A stretch of 64,000 bases of DNA from NCBI RefSeq assembly GCF_018977255.1, contig NW_024704742.1:21082001-21146000 (forward strand), in the 5' to 3' direction. The stretch comes from Callorhinchus milii. Lineage: Eukaryota. The translations under genes and the position numbers were made by a program. This document shows, one piece after another, positions 47,906 through 61,069 of the stretch. The notes under the pieces are model-generated. The model did not search any database. It saw only the letters and a program-made list of their open reading frames with translations, and was not told the origin of the DNA. Numbering within the stretch: the first letter of the stretch is position 1; each line of letters starts with the position of its first letter.

Positions 47906-50639
47906 AATCTACATTAGATTAGTTTAAATGAAGAAGGCTTTTATCTGATCTTATTCCATAATACCCACCCGACCATCCTCCTATCACCAAGATTTTATTT
48001 AAATGAGTCCAATGTCAACAATGATTTGTGGCAACCTGTTCCACTCATAATTACCCTGCAGGTAAGCTTCAATAGTCACTTGGGACAAAAACAGTCTATT
48101 ATTATAAAAAATCCCCGTGTGAGCAATTCTTTTAACCTCCCCCATTTCCAACGTCAGTGCAGAGAAAAATCCAGTGAAATGCACAGAAAAGCCTGAGCAA
48201 AACAGAACAATGGCATTTTGCTCTGTAACCTTTCTCACCTTCTGACAGCTTTGAGAATTCAGAATTACCCATTTTTTGAATATTACAAATGAGAAGGTTT
48301 GATTTTTCTGCAGTTACTACACTTCGATGTAATTACTTGTGAAACATTTTTTTTTCCAATGTGAGAAAGCAATATAAAAATGTAAATTCTTTCTAATGAT
48401 CTGTCAACCAGCTCACTAGTCCCAGCACGCCAACCATCAAGCAGCAAAATGATGACAGAATTTTCGAGAAGTGTTTTGCAAGATTTACTACTTAAGCAGA
48501 GGTAGGTGTGATGAAAACTCAATTGCATTGCTCATCTGGCTCGGTACCCTAAATTTATTATAGAAGTACATCGTAAATATTCATGCTGCAGAAGATGAGC
48601 TTTCTCCAAGTCAACACTGTGGCACGGAAGCAGAATTTATAGAACAACCTGTTCCAAGAACTGAGCCAGCCCAAATCCTCCCTCATAACTCAACAGTTCC
48701 CTTTTATTCCTGCCAGTCATATAAGGACTTGGTAGTCATGCTAATGCTAAACAGCTGCAGCCTCATTCCACTCCACCAAGGCAATATTAATTACTATTAA
48801 TAATGAATAAAATGTTGAAATCTTCACCCAAAATAAGTAATTTACATTGTTATAGTGCCCTGTCACTATAAAAAGTGTTGAAAAACACTTCATACGTAAT
48901 TACAGTAAAGTACAGTGATTGGTTTGAGACAACAGCGACAACTTGCATTTATATAGTGCTCTTCATGTGGGGAAGCGTCTTGGAGAGCTGAATATTGCTA
49001 TAGTTTGACACCGAGCCGGGAAGAAAAGTAGAGCTGACAGTAAGCACGATTGAAGACAAATGGCACAGAGTCCCATGTGAGGTAAATGATCATTAATCTG
49101 GAAAATTGTTGGCTAGGATCCAAGGATATAATTCCCTTCTCTTTTTGGATAGTGTTATGGGATTCTGTTTTAGGGCAATGCAGATTTTATTGCAATTGGT
49201 CCTAGGAAGTCTCATGAAAAGCCATAACGTGAACATTCAATTAATCCGTTGGGTAGATTGTCAGGAGATGCTTCCTTCACCTTTTGAATAGTTTAATGGG
49301 ATCGTAGTGCCCCCTGAATAGACAGAGCTTTCAAATTATCATATTATCTAGAGTCAGTGTGGGCACACCTGACAATACATTGAAGTGTTAATCTTAGACT
49401 AAAACTTCAAGTCCAGATATGAGGCTTGAACGAAGCTTCAACTTTCTGATCTAGAAGTAAGAGTGCCACAAACTGAGCTAACTGGACACCTATATATGAG
49501 CCATGTGAACATCTACATATGGCCCAACATTTGCCAGATCACTGAATTGAAGGAAAGAAGGAAAGAAATGCACAGTGAGAAACAAGTAAAGACTTGCATC
49601 TCTTGCACACTGTCAATACACATTAACATTCTGGGGACTGACTTCTGACCTGAAAAATATGGTTTCACACAGGGATTGTGGTTTTACGTACAAACATGCC
49701 ATGCATTTTATGCTACTAAAAACCTGGCCAACATTGTCTGCAAGATTCATTCCGCCTGCTCGTAAGAAAAGATAACTCAAGGACTCATGAATCCACCCTG
49801 TACTTGCAGAGATTTGGTGAGATGACATTGGTCCTAATACAGATACAAATGATTTGGACTGGTGAAATTGAGCTCATCTGGGTTAATGCTTTTCTATTTT
49901 ATCGTCTTTCCAATATTTGGAGGCGACACAGTTCATTAATGTACATTTTACAACTTGGGAGCAGTGAGACTGGATATTTATCAATTTTCTGGAAGCACAG
50001 AATATTGTTCTTGTGGAGATGTCTTTGGGAGCTAGAAATAATTGGCAATGGATAATGAATTCCGCAAATACTGCTCCAACCTCAGCTGTAATGAATTTAG
50101 CAAATGTAATTGATGGCATAAAATTAACCAATTCTAGTTTTATATTAAATATCTTTTGAAATGTTGCTTTTTTACTTAAGCCAATTGTCCTAACTTGTAG
50201 AGGTACTCTACATATCAGTGATTGACAGAGACCTGAAACAATGTCTTACCAAGATCATTGCTGATAAAACCCTGTTACTTTTTTTAAAAGTAAGGTGTAA
50301 TTTATGGTATAATAAGAAATATGTAAATATTTAATTTCTAAACCATCAAATATGCTGAGAAGCACATTATTGAAGTGTTATAGCATTACTAATTGTTTTC
50401 TTCAGCACATTTGGTGTCAAAAAATTGTTACTCACACATTTAGGAAATACTCTATTTTATATTCTGTTGTTCTACTTGTTACAGCACACGTACTTAAGTT
50501 AAGCTGCATAATTGACCTTTATATTGTTTGCACTCTATTTTGTCAAATTTCTCTAACTTTTGAGTTCCTCGCAAAATAAGACTCAGACAAGCTCTTTTGC
50601 ATTTTCATGATTCAGTGCAAGAAAAAAACATGATAGTTG

Positions 50640-50817
50640 TGCTGAAACAAAAAGAGAAGTCAACGTTTCGGATCCACAACCCTTCATCAGAACTGGGGCA
50701 TGTTGGGAGGGAGAGGCTTTTAAGGGCTGACAGAGATACTGCCTGACCTGCTGAGTGTTCCCAGCGACTTCTGTTTTTGTTACAGATTTCCAGCATCTGC
50801 AGTATTTTGCGTTTTGG
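50640..50817. mobile_element. Penelope-like terminal repeat with internal inversion
   Basis: 50640-50734 is the reverse complement of 11478-11570; 50735-50817 continues in forward orientation. Confidence 0.85.
50658..50694 (-). ncRNA. Minimal type I hammerhead ribozyme motif
   Basis: On minus: AGTT-CTGATGA-A-GGGTT(GTG)GATCC-GAAA-CGTT-GACT. Confidence 0.7.
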
Positions 50818-51244
50818 TGAGAGTTGTTGCTGTTGATTTGCAGGTGACTAAACACAAATGGATTCATAGCATTTTTCACATATTTTTCAAATTAAAAAAT
50901 AAGAAACACCAAGAGATTAAATACATTTTCCTTTTTGAATGCAATTCCATTGTCCCTGAATAATATGATCGAACAGTTTTGCATCTATGTTGTCTTAGCT
51001 CATTTCATTTTTGCTCATAGCTCATTCCTCTGACACTGTGGCTCACCTTGTTGTTTCCCTCTGCTCCTCTATTGGGTCTTCATGTTGTGATGATCAGAAC
51101 TGTATGTACAGGATTCAAGATGCAGTCTGACCAGAGCACTTGATGGCCTGAGAATTATCTAAACTCGACTGATTTAGCAGTATAGCCCAGCATCCTGTCT
51201 AATGCACAATGTATGTTGAAGTGCTACCACACCGTACCAATTAA

Positions 51245-51400
51245 GGCTTTGGCTTGCAGAGTTAACGGGAGCTGAGTGGACAGAATTACTGCCCCCAGTA
51301 ACTAGTCCGCTCCTCCAAGACTTGCCTAAGATCCAGACTGGCTGGTCTGTCATCAGCAGTGCCCTGGAGTAATGTGGACCCACCTGGCTCAGGAACCAGA
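51245..51400 (-). repeat. Family X old repeat
   Basis: ggctttggcttgcagagttaacgggagctgag...ctccaagac...cacctggctcaggaa. Confidence 0.65.
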
Positions 51401-52270
51401 CTATTGAGATGACAGAAGGTTGGCTCGATTCCTACATTCCTCAAGAGCAATCCTTTGAGTCCCATTTACCTGCCCTTTCCTATTCCCCTGTAATTGACTC
51501 ATTTAAAGGCATTTGTCTAGTTTTCTCTTGAAGGCCAATATAGATTCTGCCTCAACCACTGACCCCGCACGACATTTCATATCCTAACTGCTCTGCGTGA
51601 AAATAAAAATTTTCCTAACCTCCCAATTTGTTAGTTTACTAACTATCTTAAATTGAGGCCCTTTGGTTTCTGACTCACTGACCAGTAGAAATAAGTTCTC
51701 TCTATTGACTCTATCAAAACTCCTCATAATTTTAAATGTCTCTATCAGGTCACCCTTAACTTTCTTTGTTCCAGCAGGAAACGTCCCAGTTCCTCCACTC
51801 TCCGCTAATAGAACAAATGACTCATGCCCAGTATCATCCTAGTAAATCTCTGCGCCACTTTATTGCTTTGGCATCTTTCCTAAAGTGGGGTAACCAATAG
51901 TGGATGCAATATTCTATTGTATTCTATTGTGGTCTATTTATGCTTTTATATTCTGTTCTCTTATTTATAAAACCTAAGATTCCATTAGCTTTTTTGACAA
52001 CCTTGTCCACTTGCCTTCCCACCCTTAAGGAATTATATACATTAATCTAGGTCCCTTTGCTCTTCCACTCCTTTTAATATATTTTATCACTCAACATATA
52101 CCTTTTCTCCTTAATCTTCCTCTCAAAATTTATACCTTGATATTTGTCTGAATTAATTTTTATTTGCCATTTCTCTAACCAATCAATTAGCCTATGTCCC
52201 CCTGAAGTCGCTTACAGTCGTCTTCATTGTTAGCTATGTTCCTTATTTTTTTATCATCTGTAAATTGCTT
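51400..52270 (-). mobile_element. Old CR1 3' fragment
   Basis: Collinear with the reverse complement of 62401-63143 (e.g. tctctatcaggtcaccc, ttatcatctgtaaat). Confidence 0.75.
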
Positions 52271-52284
52271 TTCATTTATTTTCA

Positions 52285-52418
52285 TGGTTATCTCATTTCA
52301 CGTAGGGCACTATGGTCAACATAGAGAGGAGGATGTCACCCCATCAGTCTGGGTTTGATTCAAACGCTGGTCTGAGAGGTGAAAAGACAGCGTGTGTGTC
52401 CACTGCACCACAAGTCAC
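52285..52418 (-). mobile_element. LF-SINE-like tRNA-derived head
   Basis: On minus: ggtgcagtgg...ctttcacctct...tttgaatc...ccctacgtgaaatgag, resembling the LF-SINE 5' region as recalled. Confidence 0.55.
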
Positions 52419-53299
52419 CATGACTATACAGTGTTCAGTCACTGCAGGGCCAGTCATTGTGGATTTTGTTCACTTATACTGCAGCTTAGTTTAAGGTGGT
52501 TATTTAGAATGAAAGTGGCTAACTGACATGGAACAAATATTTTACTCTTAATTAATAACGGTAATGAGAATTAGTAGCAACATTTTCGCATCAAAAAGAC
52601 AACATAAATTAAACGTATTAGAAATAGAAATGTCAAAGCTTAACAGTAATTCAAATTAATCTTTCAAAGCAGCAGTGTGTGAGCAGAAAGTGAATTGTAG
52701 ACAATTAAAAGGAATGGTAACTTGTGCTCATTCTTCCTCATGGCAGATAAAACATACACTGTATTACTTTTAAAATCATCTGAAAATTGATTGGATAGCC
52801 CATCTCATTCAGCCTTAACTAACGTTTCTGACAAAGGAGGAAATTATTCTGAACACAGAAATTTTAGCAGTAAAGTTCCATCTTATTTTTTGCTGATACA
52901 AGATGAAGATTTGCCTGCTTCTTTTCATCTGCCTTTTTCATTAGTTTTTCTCCAGTTCCTCTCCAAGCTTCTAAACGCACTCACTCCTGTTGACATACAG
53001 TTCCACAGGCAATTTTGTTTTAGTCGGTCAGGTCTCTGACACACATGGAAACCCATCATCATCCTTAAGAGTATCCAAACAAAACTGCTGAGTGTTCCAC
53101 CTGTAGTATATATGGAAATTTCCATTTGTTTGGTATACAGTGCACACTCTGCCTAGGGAACATGCTCTACTTACCTAATCCTGCAGAGATTAGGTACTGG
53201 TTAGCAAGAGGCATGTCTTGGTGATCCCAGAGTGTGTGTTGGGGACACTGCTAAAATTTAAACAGCTGAAACCACATTGCTTATATTGTAAATACTGGT

Positions 53300-53690
53300 A
53301 AATTTCTCACTCTTGGGCCAGCTATGACCACCCTAGTTATTATGGCTTTGGCTTGCAAGGTTATCAGGAGCCGAGTGAGAAGAATCCCTGCCTCAAGTGA
53401 TCAGTCTGTTCCTCCAAACCCTGCTAATAAGCCTGGCTGGCTGGACTTTCATCAACAGTGCCTTGCAGTACTGTGGACCTGCCTGGCTGAGAAAGCAGAG
53501 GACTCAGACCACTACAGAGGATCGATAATAAGTAACTTCTGGTGCCTCACCGGGTATCCAGTTAGTGTGTGATCACCAATCGTTGCCCCAGTTCAGATCA
53601 GCTCGTTGTTCACAGCCCATAGATGGAACCCAGTCTATTCCTAGGCGTTTCCCACTTGGTATTGTACTTATCAACTGAACAATAAGGCAA
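53300..53690 (-). repeat. Family X copy, with a possible tRNA-like head at its 5' end
   Basis: Body matches the other family X copies; B-box-like GGTTCCATC near 53625. Confidence 0.6.
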
Positions 53691-53719
53691 GGCTTTCCCT
53701 TTCAATTTTTGCCCTCATT

Positions 53720-54625
53720 TTCCTTTGTGGCCGATCAAGAAAAGAGATTTTGATTAATGTGAGAGTGCAGGCAGAAAAGGCAATATAAACACAAATGAAC
53801 TATTGAGTTTTATATTTGAGGCATTGAATCTAGGAACAAACAAGTGATACTACATTTATACAAGACTCCAGCGAAGCCACAGTTGAAAAACTGAGTGCAA
53901 TTCTGGGAGCCAATTACAGACAATACATCAGAGCCATGGAAAGTGGACAAGGTGGATTCATAGGGAGTGATGCCAGGGATAAAGGGTTATAGTTATATAG
54001 ACTCAAACAATTAAAACTGTTTTCACTAGAGAAGTTTAAGAATGTATTCAAGGTAATAGAAGTATTCAAAATCCTGAAATGTTTTCAGAGGATAAATTGT
54101 CTAAGATTATTCCCGCTGACTGGTAATTTGCATAAATTCAGAATAAATTCAGTCCCTGGAAGAGTTAAGGGAAGGTTAGTGGCTATTGGGACTGAGAATG
54201 TGACGTTTAAAATGAAATTGGATAAAGATTTGAAGAGATGCAATACATCAGCAACAAATTGCATTTACAGAAAATGTAGCACCTTTCGCATCGGGAGGAC
54301 GTTCCAATAATCCAACAATATAAAAAGAAGACGGGGAAAAGAGCAGAGAATACCAGGAAGTTTTTCTTTAAAGCAGAAGATAATCAATGACTGGATCAGG
54401 TTTCCAAGACACTAGACTTATTTAAAAAGCAACTTGATGCTATGATAGAGGATAGGTGAGTGGGTGTTGTGAAGTAATGAGATCAGATGTGCCAAAGGGA
54501 TTTCTTTATCCAAACCAATCTTGTGATTTTGAGAACAGGGATGAGACTAGTTATCTCCAATGGAGGAGTAAACACCATTGCAGGCTCAGTGGACTGAATA
54601 TCATCATTCTGTAATGCAATTTCTA
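53720..54625 (+). mobile_element. Old CR1 RT C-terminal and 3' fragments
   Basis: Decayed LYK...PQL...VQFW coding; collinear with 62460-63140. Confidence 0.7.
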
Positions 54626-55038
54626 GGATAGTATTAATAATATTAATAATAATCCTTTAATTTGATATTGCGCCTTATCACTGTCAGAGGGGTAGGTTCA
54701 GAGCTTATTCGAGCCAGAGCTGCTTCCCATCTATGTTGTTCTCTGGTTAATGAAGAAGATAGACAGTATAGTGATCTGATCCCATCTGTCCATTCACTGC
54801 AAATTGGCCATGAAACAGTCAAGCTGGAACTGTGTGCAAGTGAGGAGGGGTAATGTGGAGCTGTATCCTTGGCAATGTAACAGCTGCTCTACTTCAATTA
54901 TCTTTTTAATGAGAATTTAATGCAGTCTCTTTCTCTCTCTGTGTGTCTGTGTCTCTGTCCATATATTGAATACAGTATCTCTCTGTGTGTGACCATTTGT
55001 TACAATATCTCTCTATCTCTCTGTGTTATGTTTTTGTA

Positions 55039-55592
55039 CAACAATAACAGCTGGCACTTATATAGCGCCCTCCATGCAGGGTAGCGTCTTAGATCGCTTA
55101 ACAGTGGCGGAGTCTGACTCCGAGCCGGGGGAGGTGGCTGTAAGCATGGTCGAACAGGAAAGTCTTCAGGCAGGACTTGAAAGAGGGGATAGAGGGGCAA
55201 GGCGGAGGGATTGAGGGACATTGTTCCAGAGTTTTGGTGCATCCTGGCTGAAAACGCGACCTCTCATGGTGGGGCGAAGGGTGCGATGGATGAGCAGGAG
55301 GCCGGTGCCAGTCGAGCAGAGGTACCGTTGGTGGATTGAGGATTGAGGAGGTTGGAGAGGTAGGGAGGTGCCAGGGAGTGAATGTACCTAAATATGAGAG
55401 TGAGGATCTTGAAGTCGATCCGTTTGGTGATGGGGAGCCAGTGGAGCCTGGACAGAACTGGTGAGATGTGGGTACGGAATTTGGTTCGGGTCAGTATGCG
55501 GGCGGCAGAGTTTTGAATGAGCTGGATCTTGTGAATGGTGGAGCTGGGGAGACTGGTGAGAAGTGCATTGGAGTAATCCAAGCGGGAGGTGA
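55039..55592 (-). mobile_element. L2 family 2, 3' fragment
   Basis: [12 protein letters not shown]...[16 protein letters not shown]...[23 protein letters not shown]...[10 protein letters not shown]; distinct tail stem-loop. Confidence 0.92.
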
Positions 55593-55817
55593 CATATGTA
55601 TTATAACTTGGCAGATTTTTAGCTGTAAACTTGGTTTATTGGACCTAATCTCTGTCAACTGATCTTGCTAAAATCACATTTCTACCTTAAAGGGGCCATG
55701 ACCTTCAAAGGAATTCTGTCAGCACGAGCCTCCATTTCTGGGTCATCAGTCACCACTACGATCATTGCTGACGACCTGCTTCTGTCTCAGCAATTAGAGG
55801 CTTATAATGTGGAATAT

Positions 55818-56500
55818 AATAATAGTACTTCCATTTGGTATAGTGCCTATTCACGTCTTCGAGACGTCTCAAAGCGCTTCACAGAATATACTATGAAGTG
55901 AATTGACTGCATATTTTGTGGGAAAAATGTGGCAGCCAATTATGCACAGCAGTGTCCCACAAACGGTCGTGGATTGGGTGATCAAATTATTATTGTTTTT
56001 TAAAATTTGCTTCTTGAAGTGATTATTATCCCAGAAAAAGCGATACACCAAACAACTAACATCCACATTCCTACTTATTCCTTGGTAAACAGAGGCGTGT
56101 GGTGTAAGGAAACTTGCTTAACGTTTCACCCTGCTGGGAATGCAACCCAGGTCCTCTCGCTTGCAGGGCGAACACAAAATAATAATAATAATAATAATCC
56201 TTGCATTTGATATAGCGCTTTTCACGTCGGGAGGACGTCCCAAAGCGCTTCACCGAACACACTGTAAAGTGAATTGACTGTATGTTTGTGGGCGAACGCG
56301 GCAGCCAATTGCGCACAGCAATGTCCCACAAACAGTCGTAGATTGAAAATGACCAATTTATTATTGTTTTGTTTTGGAGGGATTATTATTAGGCTCTGTG
56401 TGGAGTAAGGAAACTTGCCCAAGGTTTCGCTCTGCCTGGAATTGAACTCAGGTCTCTCGCTTGCAAAGCGGGTGCTCTAACCACTGAGCTACAGAACTCC
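55818..56500 (-). mobile_element. Two tandem tRNA-Ala-like SINEs (long subfamily 55818-56170; short young copy 56179-56500)
   Basis: Reverse-complement matches; the young copy's tail matches the L2 tail closely. Confidence 0.9.
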
Positions 56501-57419
56501 ACATAACCAAGAGCCAACTCAAAGGCCTATCATTTATAAACTCCCCAAAAATGCTAAGTTTAAAATGAAAAAAATACGTTGGGTGCAGGGATCTGAGAAA
56601 GAAGAAACTCACTGACGTTGAGGGGTGTGCTGCCATCTGGTGGGTGATGGTTAATTCTGGAACATCACAAACTTTACCCCATTGTTTTCTTTTAGTTAAG
56701 GTTTCTCCACCTGAGACCTCATTGATTGTGATTCTGATTGTTGTGAGTGGGAAGCGACGATAGGTGTGTTTTGGTGATTAGCGCCATGGACTAAATTCCT
56801 TTACTCTCGTCACTATCACTTGCGACCAAAAAGCAGTGGAGAGTTTGAATGAATGACTTGGGTCCAGTTAGCCTTCCCATGCAGTGAGCTGCTATTGCAA
56901 GTTCTATTAGAATTTCTATCCAGCACCCAACCAAGATCTGGCAAAACTCACCTCAGCTCAGGCCAGTGTATTGACTGACAGACACCTCCAGGTCTTTACT
57001 CATTACTTTTGTCGATATTGCTCCCAGTGTCAGGAACATCTGTCCTGCACTACTCTGTTGCTCTGATTGTCAATTGCAACATAAATTAAATCAGTTATAA
57101 TGATCAGTTGTAAATGTCTGTACAACATTTATTTCTAATGTGATTTCATTGAATTTTTCAAGGCTCAGAGAGCTCCTAATATTTTATTTCATAATTTCTG
57201 TCTTTGTGAAGTGCTTGAGTAGTGAGGTAGTCAAAGGAGGTGACTGAAAACAATCAGTTGACATCAATTTGCACTGATATCTGTTGGACAGAAAGAACTG
57301 GATTTTCCTGCAGCTGGTACTTCTACCATCCAAATTTCCTATGGCATAATAATAGCCTCATGATATTTGCAGTGTATTATAACCCTCTTTGCTCATGTGG
57401 TTCACACTTCGCAGTCATC

Positions 57420-57690
57420 TGAGGTCCCGTTTGTGACTAGATGTTAAAAATCCCATGGCACTAATCGGAAAGAGAAAGGAGTTTCTTTTGGTATCCTGGA
57501 CACAAACCCTCAAATAAAATTTGTCATTCCCTTAATTGTTTTGTGGAACGCTGCTTGGCACAAATTGGATGCCATATTAACCTATAAGATACACATCAAC
57601 TACATCTTACAATAAATCTTGTGAAGCGCTGTAAGATGTCCTCCTGACCTGAAAGGCGTGTTATCAAATGCAAGGATTAATATTACTATT
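57420..57690 (+). mobile_element. Deu-like SINE 3' half
   Basis: gatgttaaaaatcccatggcact... and tail. Confidence 0.72.
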
Positions 57691-58388
57691 TGCTGCTAGC
57701 AGGGATGTTTCATGACATAAAACAGTATAAAAGTGACAACAGGAACTTGGTCTCTGTGATTTCTGTAAGAGTAGTCCCAACTGCTATGTCCTACACCCAA
57801 GGAGGTGGAACAAAGAAATAATGTGAAAAAAGTGTTCAAAAAAGAAATCAAATCTGTTCCTGGAAATTGAAAGTATTCTGAGTTTTTAGATAATGAGATC
57901 AAATGGACCAAAGTGTCTTCTTCAACCAAACCTCTCTTGTGATCTTGTGGTGCGTTGAGGGAATCTTTTGGGAAGTTAGGATGGGTAGGCTGGAGCTTGA
58001 CAGACCAATTCCTAAATGCTTAACAATCGGGTTCCCCGTAACCAACAACCGACCTCAGTGAGGGTGACTGGGTCAGGGAGAGAGAGAGAAAGAGAATGTG
58101 GATTTTTTTTTACAAATAAAATGTTGTTAACTGTGAAATTCTAAAGAGGCAACCAGTGTAAAATGACCAGAAGTGAATTGTTTCTCCATCTCTTCCACTT
58201 TCCTTCCCCCACTTTCCTTCCCCACTTTCCTTCCCCCCCACACCCCTCACCAACTCACAAGAGACTGAGCGCACAAGATGAAAGGATCTCAGCTAGTTAT
58301 AAGCAATAGCAGCGAGAGTTGATGAACTATCCTCTCTCTCTCTGTATCTCTGTATGGGGGCTATCCCATACAGAGATAGCTGATTTGT

Positions 58389-58609
58389 GGAGTCCTGTAG
58401 CTCAGTGGTTAGAGCAGTCGCTTTGCAAGCGAGAGACCTGAGTTCAATTCCAGGCAGGGCGAAACCTTGGGCAAGTTTCCTTACTCCACACACCTAATAA
58501 TAATCCCTCCAAAACCAAAAATAATAATAAATTGGTCATTTTCAATCTACGACTGTTTTTGGGGCATTGCTGTGCCCAATTGGCTGCCGCGTTCACCCAC
58601 AAATATACA
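58389..58609 (+). mobile_element. tRNA-Ala-like SINE lacking its 3' tail
   Basis: Head and body stop at ...cacaaatataca. Confidence 0.9.
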
Positions 58610-59714
58610 AATATGAAATGGTTACTATGGGGTGAAAAATGCAGCATGTAATATAATAATTATCACTGCCAGCAGTTTTTTTTTACATTTTGGAATTGAA
58701 TAAACAACGGGACTCCTGGAATGGAAGAGGTGCCTCGGCAGGTTCAAAAGGATGGTAGACAGGTACAAAGGACTACCCACAGGGTCAAAGACCCTGCCAA
58801 TGGGTTGATAGGTGCTGCCGGCCAGCTCGATGGTTAAATCAGCTGTTTCTAGGCAAAAACAACAACTAAATTACAGTTGTATAACAAATGCAAGGCTTAT
58901 GATATTATTATAGGAGCTGAATATTTTCATCCCCTTTGCAACTAACGTGTTTACTGGCCTCACTATCGCTGACCAGAAAAGGTCAGAGCCCAAAGCTACA
59001 CCACTCTGAGATATTTCACATTTCAAGTATTTCCACTCAGTTGCAAAATGTAATAGAAAGGTTTCATAAGCGCAGAAGCTACTTGAATAGATCAGGATGT
59101 AACAGGACTCTTTTCACAGATGGCTGCTTGGAGATTTGTTGCAAGACGGCATTCAAACGAAGAGAAGTTTGGCTTCAGCTTACTTGCTACCAAAATAAGT
59201 CAACATTACAATAGAGTGATCACTGAAGGAGCGAGTGGGTGAGACTGAGGAGATAAATTTCAATTTCTACTTGACTTTTAATAGATATAAACAACTCGCA
59301 AGCATTTCGCAGGAATGCTCATTACATTTTACAGCAAAGTTCTATGTGGAAGGTGCATTGAATCGCGTCTTGGCACACGTGACCAAACAAACTGCATTCA
59401 TAAATTTATTGGCATGCTTTCAGGATGAGTTTAACTCCAAACTGGAGGGAATTGATCCAACTATTGATCACACAGCGCAACCCAGATTAACCTTCCGAGT
59501 GGGTTAGGCTATGAATGGGATTCCTATGGGTCAACCACAGAGATAGCAACTAAACAGTATGAGACGAGAGGAAGCGTCTGATTGTTGCAAACTTTCCTTT
59601 GGTGTTGCTGCAGCTGTCACTAACTAATGTCAGGTAGACTACCTTTACTGTTTACCCATTGGAATTCAGTGGAATGTGTTTATTTCCTCTCACAGCACTT
59701 GTCTAATTTATGGT

Positions 59715-59835
59715 AGACAGACCAGCCATCTTGGCCAATTGGTAGGACTTGGAAGGATACTAGGAACAGGGATTCTTCCACTCATCTCTTGTTAACCCAG
59801 CAAGCCAAACTGGTTATGATGGTCCTAACTGGAAA
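59715..59835 (+). repeat. Family X old repeat fragment
   Basis: ggtaggacttggaagg...cagggattcttccactc...gttaacccagcaagccaaa. Confidence 0.6.
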
Positions 59836-59877
59836 AGAAGCGGAAAAGCTTGCTCTCAATGATTTTATGATTTTAAC

Positions 59878-59995
59878 TGGTCAAACTCCAGCAGTACCCC
59901 AACGCATACTCTGGGGTCTCTCAAGCCTGAACTCTTGCCAACCTGTGCAAACAAACAATAGCCGTGGAGCTAAAACACTGGAAATCAGGAGAGTA
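59878..59995 (+). mobile_element. AmnSINE2-like ancient SINE fragment
   Basis: ggtcaaactccagc...gggtctctcaagcctgaactcttgccaa...ggaaatcaggag resembles the AmnSINE2 3' region as recalled (not database-checked). Confidence 0.55.
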
Positions 59996-60952
59996 AAAAA
60001 TGAAGCTTCATGGAATTTGCCATTGAATATTCGGCGACTGAATCTGGATCTCAGTTCTAAATCTCATCCTAGTACTAGAAAACGTATTGCAAATCTCATC
60101 TGTGATACATGCTGTAGCTTTCTACAATGGTAACTCTTAAAATAATGAAAGGTTTACCAACTGTATCCCAGTAAAACAGTAGCAATGGGAATATGGGTAG
60201 GCACAGTATGCAAAGAGCTTAATGAGTGACTATAAAACAACATGACTCTTTGACCTCCATGCTCCAAAGTAGCTAGTTTTACTTCAATCTCATCGAGCTC
60301 AGTTTAGACTAAACACGCTGGCCAAAAGACTTCCACATCACATTTGTGAGTCATGCTGTGAAAGCACCACCTGCCGTCTGCTATAAGACAATAGAGAATT
60401 TGTTGGCAGAGCTATGATCGATGCTGCTAGGTATTGATGTGCATTCGTAGCTGTGACCTCTTGAGTTTTGCTTTTCCTTTGTGAGATTCCTGGACATGCT
60501 TTTCATCATGCAATTTCATACTAACACTGTTCTGTCAAACTGTATCACCAATACACAATCACACACTGACACGTTCAACTCAATTAGGCCAAAGCAAAGC
60601 TCAGACTGCATCAATAATGTGAGGCACCACGATTCTCGGGGGGCTTAACAGCTTTGAATGGCTGAGGTTGTTATCGCAAAGATTCAACAGAATGAAATAC
60701 AACAGGAAATGTTTGGGTCGGCAAGTAAGACGATTACTTGTAGTCTAAGCACGACCCACATGAAGGCGCTATATAAAAACACAAGTTATTGTTATTTCTG
60801 TAGATGGAAATTTCAAACATCAAACAACTTTAATACTCCTAGACTCCTAAATCATTCATGTCATTAGCCTTGGGGCTCCACGAAGGGCACTGTATAAATG
60901 CAAGATTTTATTGTTCTTAGCCTTGAGACCATTGTCTTATAAATTAAGATCA

Positions 60953-61069
60953 CACTGAATTTTGGAAAATTCATGAATTCAGTTTAAATTTGGAAGCTGG
61001 TTTTCTGCAGCACCCAAAAAGAGCTGGGTGAAACCGGCTTCCAACATACATTTATTCCAAAATTCTGTG
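60953..61069. repeat. Palindromic MITE-like hairpin
   Basis: GAATTTTGGAA/TTCCAAAATTC, TTGGAAGCTGGTTT/AAACCGGCTTCCAA and CACCCA/TGGGTG nested arms. Confidence 0.7.

Noticed and set aside
52981..53104. Possible minus-strand exon ending at GTGAGT
   Set aside because: Weak acceptor and no recognisable product.
58195..58240. 14-bp tandem repeat (CCACTTTCCTTCCC x3) and nearby microsatellites
   Set aside because: Ordinary slippage repeats.
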